DNA from: Macrostomum lignano | Taxonomy: Eukaryota | Assembly: GCA_002269645.1 (NCBI GenBank) | Contig: NIVC01000140.1 | Span: 310,001 to 374,000 of the forward strand | DNA: 64,000 nucleotides | Reading direction: 5' to 3' | Shown: piece by piece, positions 44,217-55,833 of the stretch | Numbering within the stretch: position 1 is the first letter of the stretch | Layout of the letters: each line of letters starts with the position of its first letter | Notes under the pieces: generated by a model | The model's database searches: none | Seen by the model: only the letters and a program-made list of their open reading frames with translations | Told to the model about the DNA's origin: nothing | Position numbers and translations under genes: made by a program

Positions 44217-44526
44217 AGGCCCGGGAATTTCATTGACTGCTTGTACAAGTATTTGTTGACAGTTTTCTTGCGCACTGCGATTTACTTTATGAATTTCTAT
44301 TACAAAATAAATCACTTTTTGAATGAAATGTGAACCTGCCTTGCACGGCTTGCAGTGACAGAACTATTAGGTTCGGTTCAAAGAGTGGCCTCCACTTTTG
44401 ATCGCTTTTAATGCTTTATTGTGCATGAGATCGAGGGACCAACAAACTCTCGAGTGCAGTTGGATGCGTGGCGAACCGGTTTTCTCAGGCTGTCGTACTT
44501 TATTTGGCTCCGGAGATTACACGAGT

Positions 44527-45460
44527 GCTAACAGCAGCAAGGTGTCCGAAACCAGAGGGTTCTCCATGCACCCAGCTGCCAGCTAATACATGCAGCTAAC
44601 AGCAGCAAGGTGTCCGAAACCAGAGGTTCTCCATGCACCCAGCTGCCAGCTAATACATGCAGCTAACAGCAGCAAGGTGTCCGAAACCAGAGGGTTCTCC
44701 ATGCACCCAGCTGCCAGCTAATACATGCAGCTAACAGCAGCAGGGTGTCCGAAACCAGAGGGTCTCCATGCACCCAGCTGCCAGCTAATACATGCAGCTA
44801 ACAGCAGCAAGGTGTCTCCATGCACCCAGCTGCCAGCTAATACATGCAGCTAACAGCAGCAAGGTGTCTCCATGCACCCAGCTGCCAGCTAATACATGCA
44901 GCTAACAGCAGCAAGGTGTCTCCATGCACCCAGCTGCCAGCTAATACATGCAGCTAACAGCAGCAAGGTGTCCCCATGCACCCAGCTGCCAGCTAATACA
45001 TGCAGCTAACAGCAGCAAGGTGTCTCCATGCACCCAGCTGCCAGCTAATACATGCAGCTAACAGCAGCAAGGTGTCTCCATGCACCCAGCTGCCAGCTAA
45101 TACATGCAGCTAACAGCAGCAAGGTGTCCCCATGCACCCAGCTGCCAGCTAATACATGCAGCTAACAGCAGCAAGGTGTCCCCATGCACCCAGCTGCCAG
45201 CTAATACATGCAGCTAACAGCAGCAAGGTGTCTCCATGCACCCAGCTGCCAGCTAATACATGCAGCTAACAGCAGCAAGGTGTCTCCATGCACCCAGCTA
45301 CCAGCTAATACATGCAGCTAACAGCAGCAAGGTGTCCCCATGCACCCAGCTGCCAGCTAATACATGCAGCTAACAGCAGCAAGGTGTCTCCATGCACCCA
45401 GCTACCAGCTAATACATGCAGCTAACAGCAGCAAGGTGTCTCCATGCACCCAGCTGCCAG
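44527..45460. repeat. Minisatellite, 52-nt unit CCATGCACCCAGCTGCCAGCTAATACATGCAGCTAACAGCAGCAAGGTGTCT
   Basis: Lies between the convergent SPAG16 and VAC14 3' ends; the first few units are longer (CCGAAACCAGAGGG insert). Confidence 0.95.
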
Positions 45461-45962
45461 TTAATACCATTGGCCGTACTGCTGAGCAGTCCAGTGCTTC
45501 AAATAATTATTGAGTCGCGAAAGCAAGATTCGAAATCGATATTAAAAATCTGCACAAAGCACGCAGGAATGCGGCATTCATTGCAGGAATTTATTCGCTG
45601 TGCTGCGGTGGAGAAGCGAAATGGCGGCAATACTGGCACTCCAGCTGGCATTCGAATGGCTTGAAAGGCGGCAATCAAATGGGAAATAAAAAAGTGATGC
45701 ACCGAGGCAATCTGGATTGAATTAACAGGGAAATCACAAGGCATCAGACTCACAATTCCATCCTCATCAGGCAGATATAAATAATTATGCTGAAAACTTG
45801 TGCACTCTACTGATACAAAAGTAGTGAGAGAGTGGCCTCTCATGATACGCATTGACACCAAGTGGAGTGGCGAATCGCAGCGGGGCAGAGCAAGTCAGCT
45901 TGACTGCACGCTGCTACTGAAAGTAGTGCAATAAAAATGTCTGTTCACTTTTGCCAAGCCGG

Positions 45963-48900
45963 TCACCGGATGTTGCTGGCTGACTGAGTCCGTTCGATCG
46001 TCGAGGCGGTCGACACCAGCGACAGCGGCAGCGTCTGCGGCTGCCGGCTGTGGCCGGTGGACAGGCGGGCCTGGCGGTGCAGCTCCTGGATCTGGGCGAA
46101 CTGCTCCAGGCTGGGGTCGCAGTCCAGCAGCCACTTGCTGTGCACCTGCGGCTGCTGCTGCTGGTGCTGCAGGTGCAGGGGCGGCAGGCAGGACAGGCGC
46201 CGGTGCAGCTGGTGGAAGGCCTCGGTTTGTGGCAGGCACATCAGCAGGCCGAACAGGCAGCCCGTGAGGTCGGGGCTGCAGCCGGGGTTCAGCAGGTCCA
46301 GGCGGACGTCTGCGGGAGCGGAGCGGGGATGGGCGTTGGGAAACCCCTGCAACTACGGGAAGGAACACATTCTGGGAGTGCCAGACGAAACGGGGATCTG
46401 AGAAGAGACAGCATGGGGATTAAGGGAGTGCCAGACAGCATGGGGATCGGAGAGTGCCAGACAGCATAGGGATCGGAGAGTGCCAGACATCACGGGGATC
46501 GGCGAGTGCCAGACAGTACGGGGATCGGAGTGCCAGACAGCACAGGGATTATGGGAGTGCCAGACAGCATGGGGATTATGGGAGTGCCAGACAGCATGGG
46601 GATTATGGGAGTGCCAGACAGCATGGGGATCGGAGTGCCAGACAGCACGGGGATCGGAGAGTGCCAGACATCACGGGGATCGGAGAGTGCCAGAAATCAC
46701 GGGGATCGGAGAGTGCCAGACAGCACGGGGATCGGAGAGTGCCAGACATCACGGGGATCGGAGAGTGCCAGAAATCACGGGGATCGGAGAGTGCCAGACA
46801 GCACGGGGATCGGAGAGTGCCAGAAATCACGGGGATCGGAGAGTGCCAGACATCACGGGGAGTGCCAGACAGCATGGGAATCTGGTGAGTGGAGCAATTG
46901 GAATGCTAGACTAAACTTTTAGGCTCAAGCTAAACAGCAAAGCGGTGCACATTATAAAAAGCAAGAAGAGGATGTCTCACACAGGAAGATGGGGGATTCC
47001 AGCAGCTGGATCAGTTTGTCCAGCTCGATCAGCAGAGGCGTCGTGATTTCAATGTCTGCGCTAAAATTCAAGTGGTTGAAATTGGTTGTAAATTTATTAA
47101 CGAAAGTTGGAAACTGGGCCAGCAATACAACCTTAACACACTACTCACAATTTGCTGACCAGTAGCTTGGCGTGGGCATAATTGCGCGACAAGAAGCAGA
47201 GGGCGAGCGTGGCCGCGGGGTTGTGGCACCAGGCCCGGTACAGCGTGGCGCAGATGTCTGCAATGGCCTGCGGACAGGGGTGGACAACTGATCCCACTCT
47301 CATGGTCTGTGATCCCACTCTCATGGTCTGTGATCCCACTCTCATGGTCTGTGATCCCACTCTCTGGGCTGTGATCCCACTCTCATGGGCTGTGATCCCA
47401 CTCTCATGGTCTGTGATCCCACTCTCATGGTCTGTGATCCCACTCTCATGGTCTGTGATCCCACTCTCATGGTCTGTGATCCCACTCTCATGGTCTGTGA
47501 TCCCACTCTCATGGTCTGTGATCCCACTCTCATGGTCTGTGATCCCACTCTCTGGGCTGTGATCCCACTCTAATGGGCTTTGATCCCACTCTCATGGTCT
47601 GTGATCCCACTCTCTGGGCTGTGATCCCACTCTCATGGTCTGTGATCCCACTCTCATGGTCTGTGATCCCACTCTCATGGTCTGTGATCCCACTCTCATG
47701 GTCTGTGATTCCACTCTCATGGTCTGTGATCCCACTCTCTGGGCTGTGATTCCACTCTCATGGTCTGTGATCCCACTCTCATGGTCTGTGATTCCACTCT
47801 CATGGTCTGTGATCCCACTCTCATGGTCTGTGATCCCACTCTCATGGTCTGTGATTCCACTCTCATGGTCTGTGATCCCACTCTCTGGGCTGTGATCCCA
47901 CTCTCATGGTCTGTGATCCCACTCTCATGGTCTGTGATTCCACTCTCATGGTCTGTGATCCCACTCTCTGGGCTGTGATTCCACTCTCATGGTCTGTGAT
48001 CCCACTCTCATGGTCTGTGATCCCACTCTCTGGGCTGTGATCCCACTCTCATGGTCTGTGATCCCACTCTCATGGTCTGTGATCCCACTCTCATGGTCTG
48101 TGATCCCACTCTCATGGTCTGTGATTCCACTCTCATGGTCTGTGATCCCACTCTCTGGGCTGTGATTCCACTCTCATGGTCTGTGATCCCACTCTCATGG
48201 TCTGTGATCCCACTCTCTGGGCTGTGATCCCACTCTCATGGTCTGTGATCCCACTCTCATGGTCTGTGATCCCACTCTCATGGTCTGTGATCCCACTCTC
48301 ATGGTCTGTGATCCCACTCTCATGGTCTGTGATCCCACTCTCTGGGCTGTGATCCCACTCTCATGGGCTGTGATCCCACTCTCTGGGCTGTGATCCCACT
48401 CTAATGGGCTTTGATCCCACTCTAATGGGCTTTGATCCCACTCTCATGGGCTGTGATCCCACTCTAATGGGCTTTGATCCCACTCTAATGGGCTTTGATC
48501 CCACTCTAATGGGCTTTGATCCCACTCTTATCTCGTGTTTAGTTTTGTGACGCTGGTCCCATACCCCCAGTGACGCTGGTCCCATACCTTCAGTGCCGCT
48601 GGTCCCATACCCTCAGTGCCGCTGGTCCCATACCCTCAGTGACGCTGGTCCCATACCTTCAGTGCCGCTGGTCCCATACCCTCAGTGCCGCTGGTCCCAT
48701 ACCCCCAGTGACGCTGGTCCCATACCTTCAGTGCCGCTGGTCCCATACCCTCAGTGCCGCTGGTCCCATACCCTCAGTGACGCTGGTCCCATACGGCCTC
48801 AGTGATGCTGGTCCCATACCCTCAGTGACGCTGGTCCCACACCCACGAATGCAACCCACCTGGTTATCCAGCCGGTGCAGCTGCAGCCGGAACTCGTGCA

Positions 48901-51900
48901 GGCTGGAGTCTGTGAGCAGGATGAGGCTCAGGGCGCCAATCATGTAGAAGGCGGCCTCCAGCTCGGATGAGTCGGCGGCGGCCTCGGCCGGGAAGGCGTG
49001 TAGGATGTGCAGCGCCAGGGCGGAGAAGACCCGCTGCGGGGTGAGCAGGCGGCTCAGGCAGGTGACGATGGCGTGGCCGCTGTCAGTCAGCTTGGCCCTG
49101 CTGCGGAACAGCTTGAAGATCTCGTGCACCAGGCGCACGAAGCAGGGGTGCTCGGTGGCCAGCCGCTGCCGCAGCGTCTCCGGCACGGCCTCCAGTAGGG
49201 CCTGGCCGGCCTCGGCCAGTTCCGGACACTCGGCCAGAGCCGCCAGCGTCGCCAGGCTGTCGGCTAGCGCGTCCGGCGCCGACGCGGCGCTGAGCTCGGC
49301 CAGCGTGTTGGCCAGCACGGGGAACAGGGAGGTCACGTGACGGGAGAGCAGGGCGGGCACCTGGGAGAGGAGGCGGCGCAGCCACACCAGGGCCACCGGC
49401 AGGCTGGGCGGGGAGGCGCAGGCGTGCAGCAGCACGGAGACCAGCGCCTCCACCGACTGTTCGGAGGGCGGCTGCTCGCGGCTCACGAGGCCCAGCAGCA
49501 GGTCGTTGGCACCTCGGGCCAGCTCGGACAGGCGGGCGGCCGGAGCCGGCAGCACCAGCGATGGCAGCAGGGCCTGCAGGTGACAATGGAAATGTTCTGG
49601 GATCTTGTCAGGTGTATTCTGGGATCCTGTCAGGTGTATTCTGGGATCCTGTCAGGTGTAATCTGGGATCCTGTCAGGGGTATTCTGGGATCCTGTAAGG
49701 GGTATTGTGGGATCCTGTCAGGTGTATTCTGGGATCCTGCCAAGTGCCAAGTGTATTCTAGGATCATAAAGGGAGTATTTAAGATCATAGAGCTTTCTTA
49801 GATCCCATCATGAGTAACTCAAAGATCCCATCTAGAGTAACTTAAAGATCCCATCATGAGTAACTCAAAGATCCCATCTAGAGTAACTCAAAGATCTCAT
49901 CTAGAGTAACTCAAAGATCCCATCTAGAGTAACTCAAAGATCTCATCTAGAGTAACTCAAAGATCCCATCATGAGTAACTCAAAGATCCCATCTAGAGTA
50001 ACTCAAAGATCTCATCTAGAGTAACTCAAAGATCCCATCATGAGTAACTCAAAGATCCCATCTAGAGTAACTCAAAGATCTCATCTAGAGTAACTCAAAG
50101 ATCTCATCTAGAGTAACTCAAAGATCCCATCATCAGTAACTCAAAGATCCCATCATCAGTAACTCAAAGATCCCATCATCAGTAACTCAAAGATCCCATC
50201 ATCAGTAACTCAAAGATCCCATCATCAGTAACTCAAAGATCCATCTAGAGTAACTCAAAGATTCCATCATGAGTAACTCAAAGATCCCATCATCAGTAAC
50301 TCAAAGATCCCATCATCAGTAACTCAAAGATCCCATCATCAGTAACTCAAAGATCCCATCATCAGTAACTCAAAGATCCCATCATCAGTAACTCAAAGAT
50401 CCCATCATCAGTAACTCAAAGATCTCATCTAGAGTAACTCAAAGATCCCATCTAGAGTAACTCAGAGATCTCATCTAGAGTAACTCAAAGATCCCATCAT
50501 GAGTAACTCAAAGATCCCATCTAGAGTAACTCAAAGATCTCATCTAGAGTAACTCAAAGATCCCATCATCAGTAACTCAAAGATCCCATCATCAGTAACT
50601 CAAAGATCCCATCATCAGTAACTCAAAGATCCCATCATCAGTAACTCAAAGATCCATCTAGAGTAACTCAAAGATTCCATCATGAGTAACTCAAAGATCC
50701 CATCATCAGTAACTCAAAGATCCCATCATCAGTAACTCAAAGATCCCATCATCAGTAACTCAAAGATCTCATCTAGAGTAACTCAAAGATCCCATCATCA
50801 GTAACTCAAAGATCCCATCATCAGTAACTCAAATATCTCATCTAGAGTAACTCAAAGATCCCATCATCAGTAACTCAAAGATTCCATCATGAGTAACTCA
50901 AAGATCCCATCACACCGAGGTGCCCCACTGACTCCCCGGACTCGAACCTGCAGGAAGCTGGCCGCGTGCCCCCTGACAGTGTCGGGGCAGAGCGGGATGA
51001 GCTGCGCGAGCCAGCGAAGCGCCGCCTGTCGCACGGGCTCCTGCCTGCTGACGCAGTGCTGGGCAATGATGTTGATCATGCCAGTGAAGTCTGCCTCTGC
51101 CGAGCCCCGCCGCTCCAGGTCGCCCAGCAGCTGGTCGAGCAGCTCGAGCGTCATGCGGTAGATCTCCGGCCGCTCATCGCCGAGGATCAGCAGGAGGCCG
51201 TCCAGCAGCTCGTGCAGGAACGGCAGCAGGTTGAACTGCGGCGATGAGTGCAGGGTGCTCACCTGGGGAGGGGGGCGGGTTGATAAAGTTCAATCTGTCC
51301 CTGTATACACAAGTACATTGCTCAGGATGCTACCCAGCGGCCAGAGCCTACTCACCCAGGAAACCAGGAACTGGCGCACGTAGACATTCTCAGAGTACAT
51401 TCTGTCCTTGGCTAGACTGACAAACTCCTCCATGCTGAGCCGCTCGGCGCTCGAGTCCAGCACCACCTCCTGCGGGAGTGGGACAACAAGGAGTCACGGG
51501 GGACGGTGGGATGGAAGTGCGGCTGAAACCCGGTGAAAGAAAAAGCAGAGACAGAGTAGAAACAGAGACTGCTTTCACAGGCTTTGAGCGCTGCCACAGG
51601 TCAAGGCGGCAATCGACTCGCAGCCAGCGGGGAGGCAAAGAGTCCGCAGAGCCCTGAGCGCTCAAATGCACACAGGGTGCACAGCGGCCCTGAGCACTCA
51701 CTTGCACACAGGGTGCACAGCGGCCCTGAGCACTCACTTGCACACAGGGTGCACAGCGGCCCTGAGCACTCACTTGCACACAGGGTGCACAGCGGCCCTG
51801 AGCACTCACTTGCACACAGGGTGCACAGCGGCCCTGAGCACTCACTTGCACACAGGGTGCACAGCGGCCCTGAGCACTCACTTGCACACAGGGTGCACAG

Positions 51901-52693
51901 CGGCCCTGAGCACTCACTTGCACACAGGGTGCACAGCGGCCCTGAGCACTCACTTGCACACAGGGTGCACAGCGGCCCTGAGCACTCACTTGCACACAGG
52001 GTGCACAGCGGCCCTGAGCACTCACTTGCACACAGGGTGCACAGCGGCCCTGAGCACTCACTTGCACACAGGGTGCACAGCGGCCCTGAGCACTCACTTG
52101 CACACAGGGTGCACAGCGGCCCTGAGCACTCACTTGCACACAGGGTGCACAGCGGCCCTGAGCACTCACTTGCACACAGGGTGCACAGCGGCCCTGAGCA
52201 CTCACTTGCACACAGGGTGCACAGCGGCCCTGAGCACTCACTTGCACACAGGGTGCACAGCGGCCCTGAGCACTCACTTGCACACAGGGTGCACAGCGGC
52301 CCTGAGCACTCACTTGCACACAGGGTGCACAGCGGCCCTGAGCACTCACTTGCACACAGGGTGCACAGCGGCCCTGAGCACTCACTTGCACACAGGGTGC
52401 ACAGCGGCCTTGAGCACTCACTTGCACACAGGGTGCACAGTGGCCCTGAGCACTCACTTGCACACAGAATGCACAGCGGCCCTGAGCACTCACTTGCACA
52501 CAGGGTGCACAGCGGCCCTGAGCACTCACTTGCACACAGGGTGCACAGCGGCCCTGAGCACTCACTTGCACACAGGGTGCACAGCTGCCCCGAGTTTCTT
52601 ATCGTCGGGCATGCATACACAATTCTGTGCCTTGGAGTTGACCATCATGGACGAGAATAGCAAAAGCCCAGAGCTAATTTTGGCACAAGAACC

Positions 52694-52767
<74 letters not shown>

Positions 52768-55429
52768 CTAAAACAGACAGACAGACAGACACTAAAACAG
52801 ACAGACAGCAGAACACGGACAGGCAGTACACAAGTGCAAACAGTACATAGTAGTACAAGCCAAACCTTGAGCAGCTTGTCGAGCATCTCGGACCCCTTCC
52901 GAATGGTGGCCTCAGGGTCCTGGGCGCAGGCAGAGAGGCCGGCGAACAGCAGGCTGAAGTGCGGGATGACGCTGGCCCGGATGACCTTGACGATGTTGTA
53001 CAGCGCTTCGCAGGCGTAGTAGCGGACGCGGCTGTCCCTGTCATTGCACAGGATGTCGCAGGCGGGCCGGAACAGCTCATCTGTGTACTTCGGCGCCTCC
53101 TGTACCGGACCGGAAGGATGAGTTGAAATTTCAATATGTAGCCCCTAAATCGTTCTTACCTTTTCGACTTCTGCCTCATGAGTTGTCTGGAGCAGATGTA
53201 CACAGGCGTAGGTGTACACAGGCGCAGGTGTACACAGGGGCAGGTGTACACACAGAAGGTGAACACAGGGGCAGGTGTACACAGGGGAAGGTGTACACAC
53301 AGAAGGTGAACACAGGGGCAGGTGTACACAGGGGAAGGTGTACACACAGAAGGTGAACACAGGGGCAGGTGTACACAGGGGAAGGTGTACACAGAGAAGG
53401 TGAACACAGGGGCAGGTGTACACAGGGGCAGATGTACACAGGGAAGGTGTACACAGGGGCAGGTGTATAAAGGGGAAGGTGTATATAGGGGAAGGTGTAT
53501 ATAGGGGCAGGTGTACAAAGGGGCAGGTGTACACAAGGGCAGGTGTACACAAGGGCAGGTGTACACAGGGGCAGGTGTACACAGGGGAAGGTGTACACAG
53601 GGGAAGGTTTACACAGGGGAAGGTATACACAGGGCAAGGTGTATATAGGGGAAGGTGTATATAGGAGCAGGTGTACACAGGGGAAGGTGTACACAGGGGA
53701 AGGTGTACACAGGGGAAGGTATACACAGGGGAAGGTGTACACAGGGGAAGGTGTACACAGGGGAAGGTGTACACAGGGGAAGGTGTACACAGGGGAAGGT
53801 GTACACAGGGGAAGGTGTACACAGGGGAAGGTGTACACAGGGGAAGGTATACACAGGGGAAGGTGTACACAGGGGAAGGTGTACATAGGGGAAGGTATAC
53901 ACAGGGGAAGGTATACACAGGGGAAGGTGTACACAGGGGAAGGTGTACACAGGGGAAGGTGTACACAGGGGAAGGTATACACAGGGGAAGGTGTACACAG
54001 GGGAAGGTGTACACAGGGGAAGGTGTACATAGGGGAAGGTATACACAGGGGAAGGTATACACAGGGGAAGGTGTACACAGACACAGGGGAAGGTGTACAC
54101 AGGGGAAGGTGTACACAGGGGAAGGTGTACACAGGGGAAGGTGTACACAGGGGAAGGTGTACACAGGGGAAGGTGTACACAGGGGAAGGTGTACACAGGG
54201 GAAGGTATACACAGGGGAAGGTATACATAGGGGAAGGTGTACACAGGGGAAGGTATACACAGGGGAAGGTGTACACAGGGGAAGGTGTACACAGGGGAAG
54301 GTGTACACAGGGGAAGGTTTACACAGGGGAAGGTGTACACAGGGGAAGGTGTACACAGGGGAAGGTGTACACAGGGGAAGGTGTACACAGGGGAAGGTAT
54401 ACACAGGGGAAGGTGTACAATGTGCCAAGTCTGACGTTTCGTATGAAGAATTGCTTTTTCGCCTGGAAACATCACTTATTGGCGTTTCCTGGGTGTAATT
54501 ATGTTTTGCTAGCTATTTATTAGGGCAGGTGTAATCAATAATTATTATTATTAGATAATTAGCGGTGCGCAGCCCCAAAAGCCGACCTTTCCCAGCGCGA
54601 TGGCTGACGCTGCCAGGCCGATGAGGCCGCCCTTGCGCGTATTGGGGTTGGCCGACTCCAGGAATTCCGACCGCAGCAGGAACAGCAGGCTGCGAGTGTC
54701 CGCCTCCTTGCCGTCCTTCTGGTAGTCCCGCACTATCCTGCAGGCGGCAGTGTGTAAATTGTGGGTGGAGTCCGCAGTATATACTCTGGGACAGGTGTCC
54801 ACTGGGACAGATGTACATTGAAAAGGTGTACACTGGGACAGGTGTACATTAAACAGGTGTACACTGGGATAGGTGTACATTAGTGCAGGTGTACACTGGG
54901 ACAGGTTTACACTAGGACAGATGTACATTAGGGCAGGTGTACACTGGGACAGGTGTACATTGGGGCAGGTGTACACAGTTTACACTGGTGCAGGTGTACA
55001 TTGGTGCATGTGTACATTGGGGCAGGTGTACATTGGTGCAGGTGTACACTGGGGCAGGTGTACACTGGGACAGATGTACACTGGGACAGGTGTACACTGG
55101 GAAAGATGTACATTGGGGCAGTTGTACACTGGGACAGATGTACACTGGGACAGATGTACACTGGGACAGGTGTACACTGGGACAGATGTACATTGGGGCA
55201 GTTGTACACTGGGACAGGTGTACACTGGGACAGATGTACATTGGGGCAGGTCAGGTGTACATTGGGGCAGGTGTACATTGGGGCAGGTGTAGACTGGTGC
55301 AGGTGTGCGAATCAAATGTAATTACCGCTCAATATCCATGGCCGCCGTCTTCCGCTTCTCATAGAGCTTGTCCGTGAGGTTCTTGACGCAGGTGACGGTC
55401 AGCGGACCGACTGGCTTGTCTGCACTCAT
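45963..55429 (-). CDS. VAC14: VAC14 (PIKfyve/Fab1 complex scaffold), 9 exons, ~725 aa
   Basis: Exons 55429-55326, 54737-54587, 53099-52866, 51469-51356, 51262-50948, 49573-48860, 47267-47149, 47060-46981 and 46309-45963; phases compatible, 2178 nt. Motifs [84 protein letters not shown]. Confidence 0.95.
46405..46880. repeat. Degenerate minisatellite, ~24-26 nt unit GGGGATCGGAGAGTGCCAGACAGCAC (VAC14 intron 8)
   Basis: Tandem repeat with variants. Confidence 0.9.
47288..48527. repeat. Minisatellite, 21-nt unit GATCCCACTCTCATGGTCTGT (VAC14 intron 6)
   Basis: Direct tandem repeat. Confidence 0.95.
48548..48842. repeat. Minisatellite, 23-nt unit GTGCCGCTGGTCCCATACCCTCA (VAC14 intron 6)
   Basis: Second, different array in the same intron. 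Confidence 0.92.
49590..50910. repeat. Two minisatellites in VAC14 intron 5: ~22-nt TATTCTGGGATCCTGTCAGGTG (49590-49740) and 23-nt AGTAACTCAAAGATCCCATCATC (49800-50910)
   Basis: Direct tandem repeats. Confidence 0.93.
51665..52585. repeat. Highly homogeneous minisatellite, 36-nt unit GCACACAGGGTGCACAGCGGCCCTGAGCACTCACTT (VAC14 intron 3)
   Basis: About 25 almost identical copies. Confidence 0.96.
52697..52810. repeat. (GACA)n microsatellite
   Basis: Directly visible. Confidence 0.95.
53195..54420. repeat. Minisatellite, 17-nt unit GGGGAAGGTGTACACAG (VAC14 intron 2)
   Basis: Direct tandem repeat. Confidence 0.95.
54785..55300. repeat. Minisatellite, ~17-nt unit GGG(A/G)CAGGTGTACA(C/T)TG (VAC14 intron 1)
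   Basis: Direct tandem repeat related to the intron 2 array. Confidence 0.93.
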
Positions 55430-55833
55430 TGCTGCCGCGGCTGGGGTCAGTCAGCGGCTGGAATTGTGTCAGGCCGGGTGTCAAAGCAGGCAGCTGAAGA
55501 ATGCCCGCCAATGGGATCATCTAGAACTGGCATAGTATGGCAAAAGTTCCCACAAATAAAAGTCAAGGCAACGAAAAGAAATCAGGCGGCAGGTGAAATT
55601 TTCCGCATCAAGCTGACGGTGTGTCAGATTTTATTAATCTCCCTGACAGCGGCGGAGGCCAGGGTGTCAGGACTGGGAGCGAGAGCTGGCAGCAAAATGC
55701 AGTCCATAACAAAGAGTACCTTGACTCAGAGGTGGTAGCTATGTAATAAGTTTTGATAATATGAGCCAGTGATTAACACTAGTTTGCAAGGGAAATGCCA
55801 AACAAGACTTGTCTCCTAGAAGCAGCAAAACTT

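Noticed and set aside
51390-54523. Cys-rich metallothionein- or keratin-associated-like ORFs ([33 protein letters not shown])
   Set aside because: They lie within VAC14 introns and derive from 36-nt and 17-nt tandem repeats.
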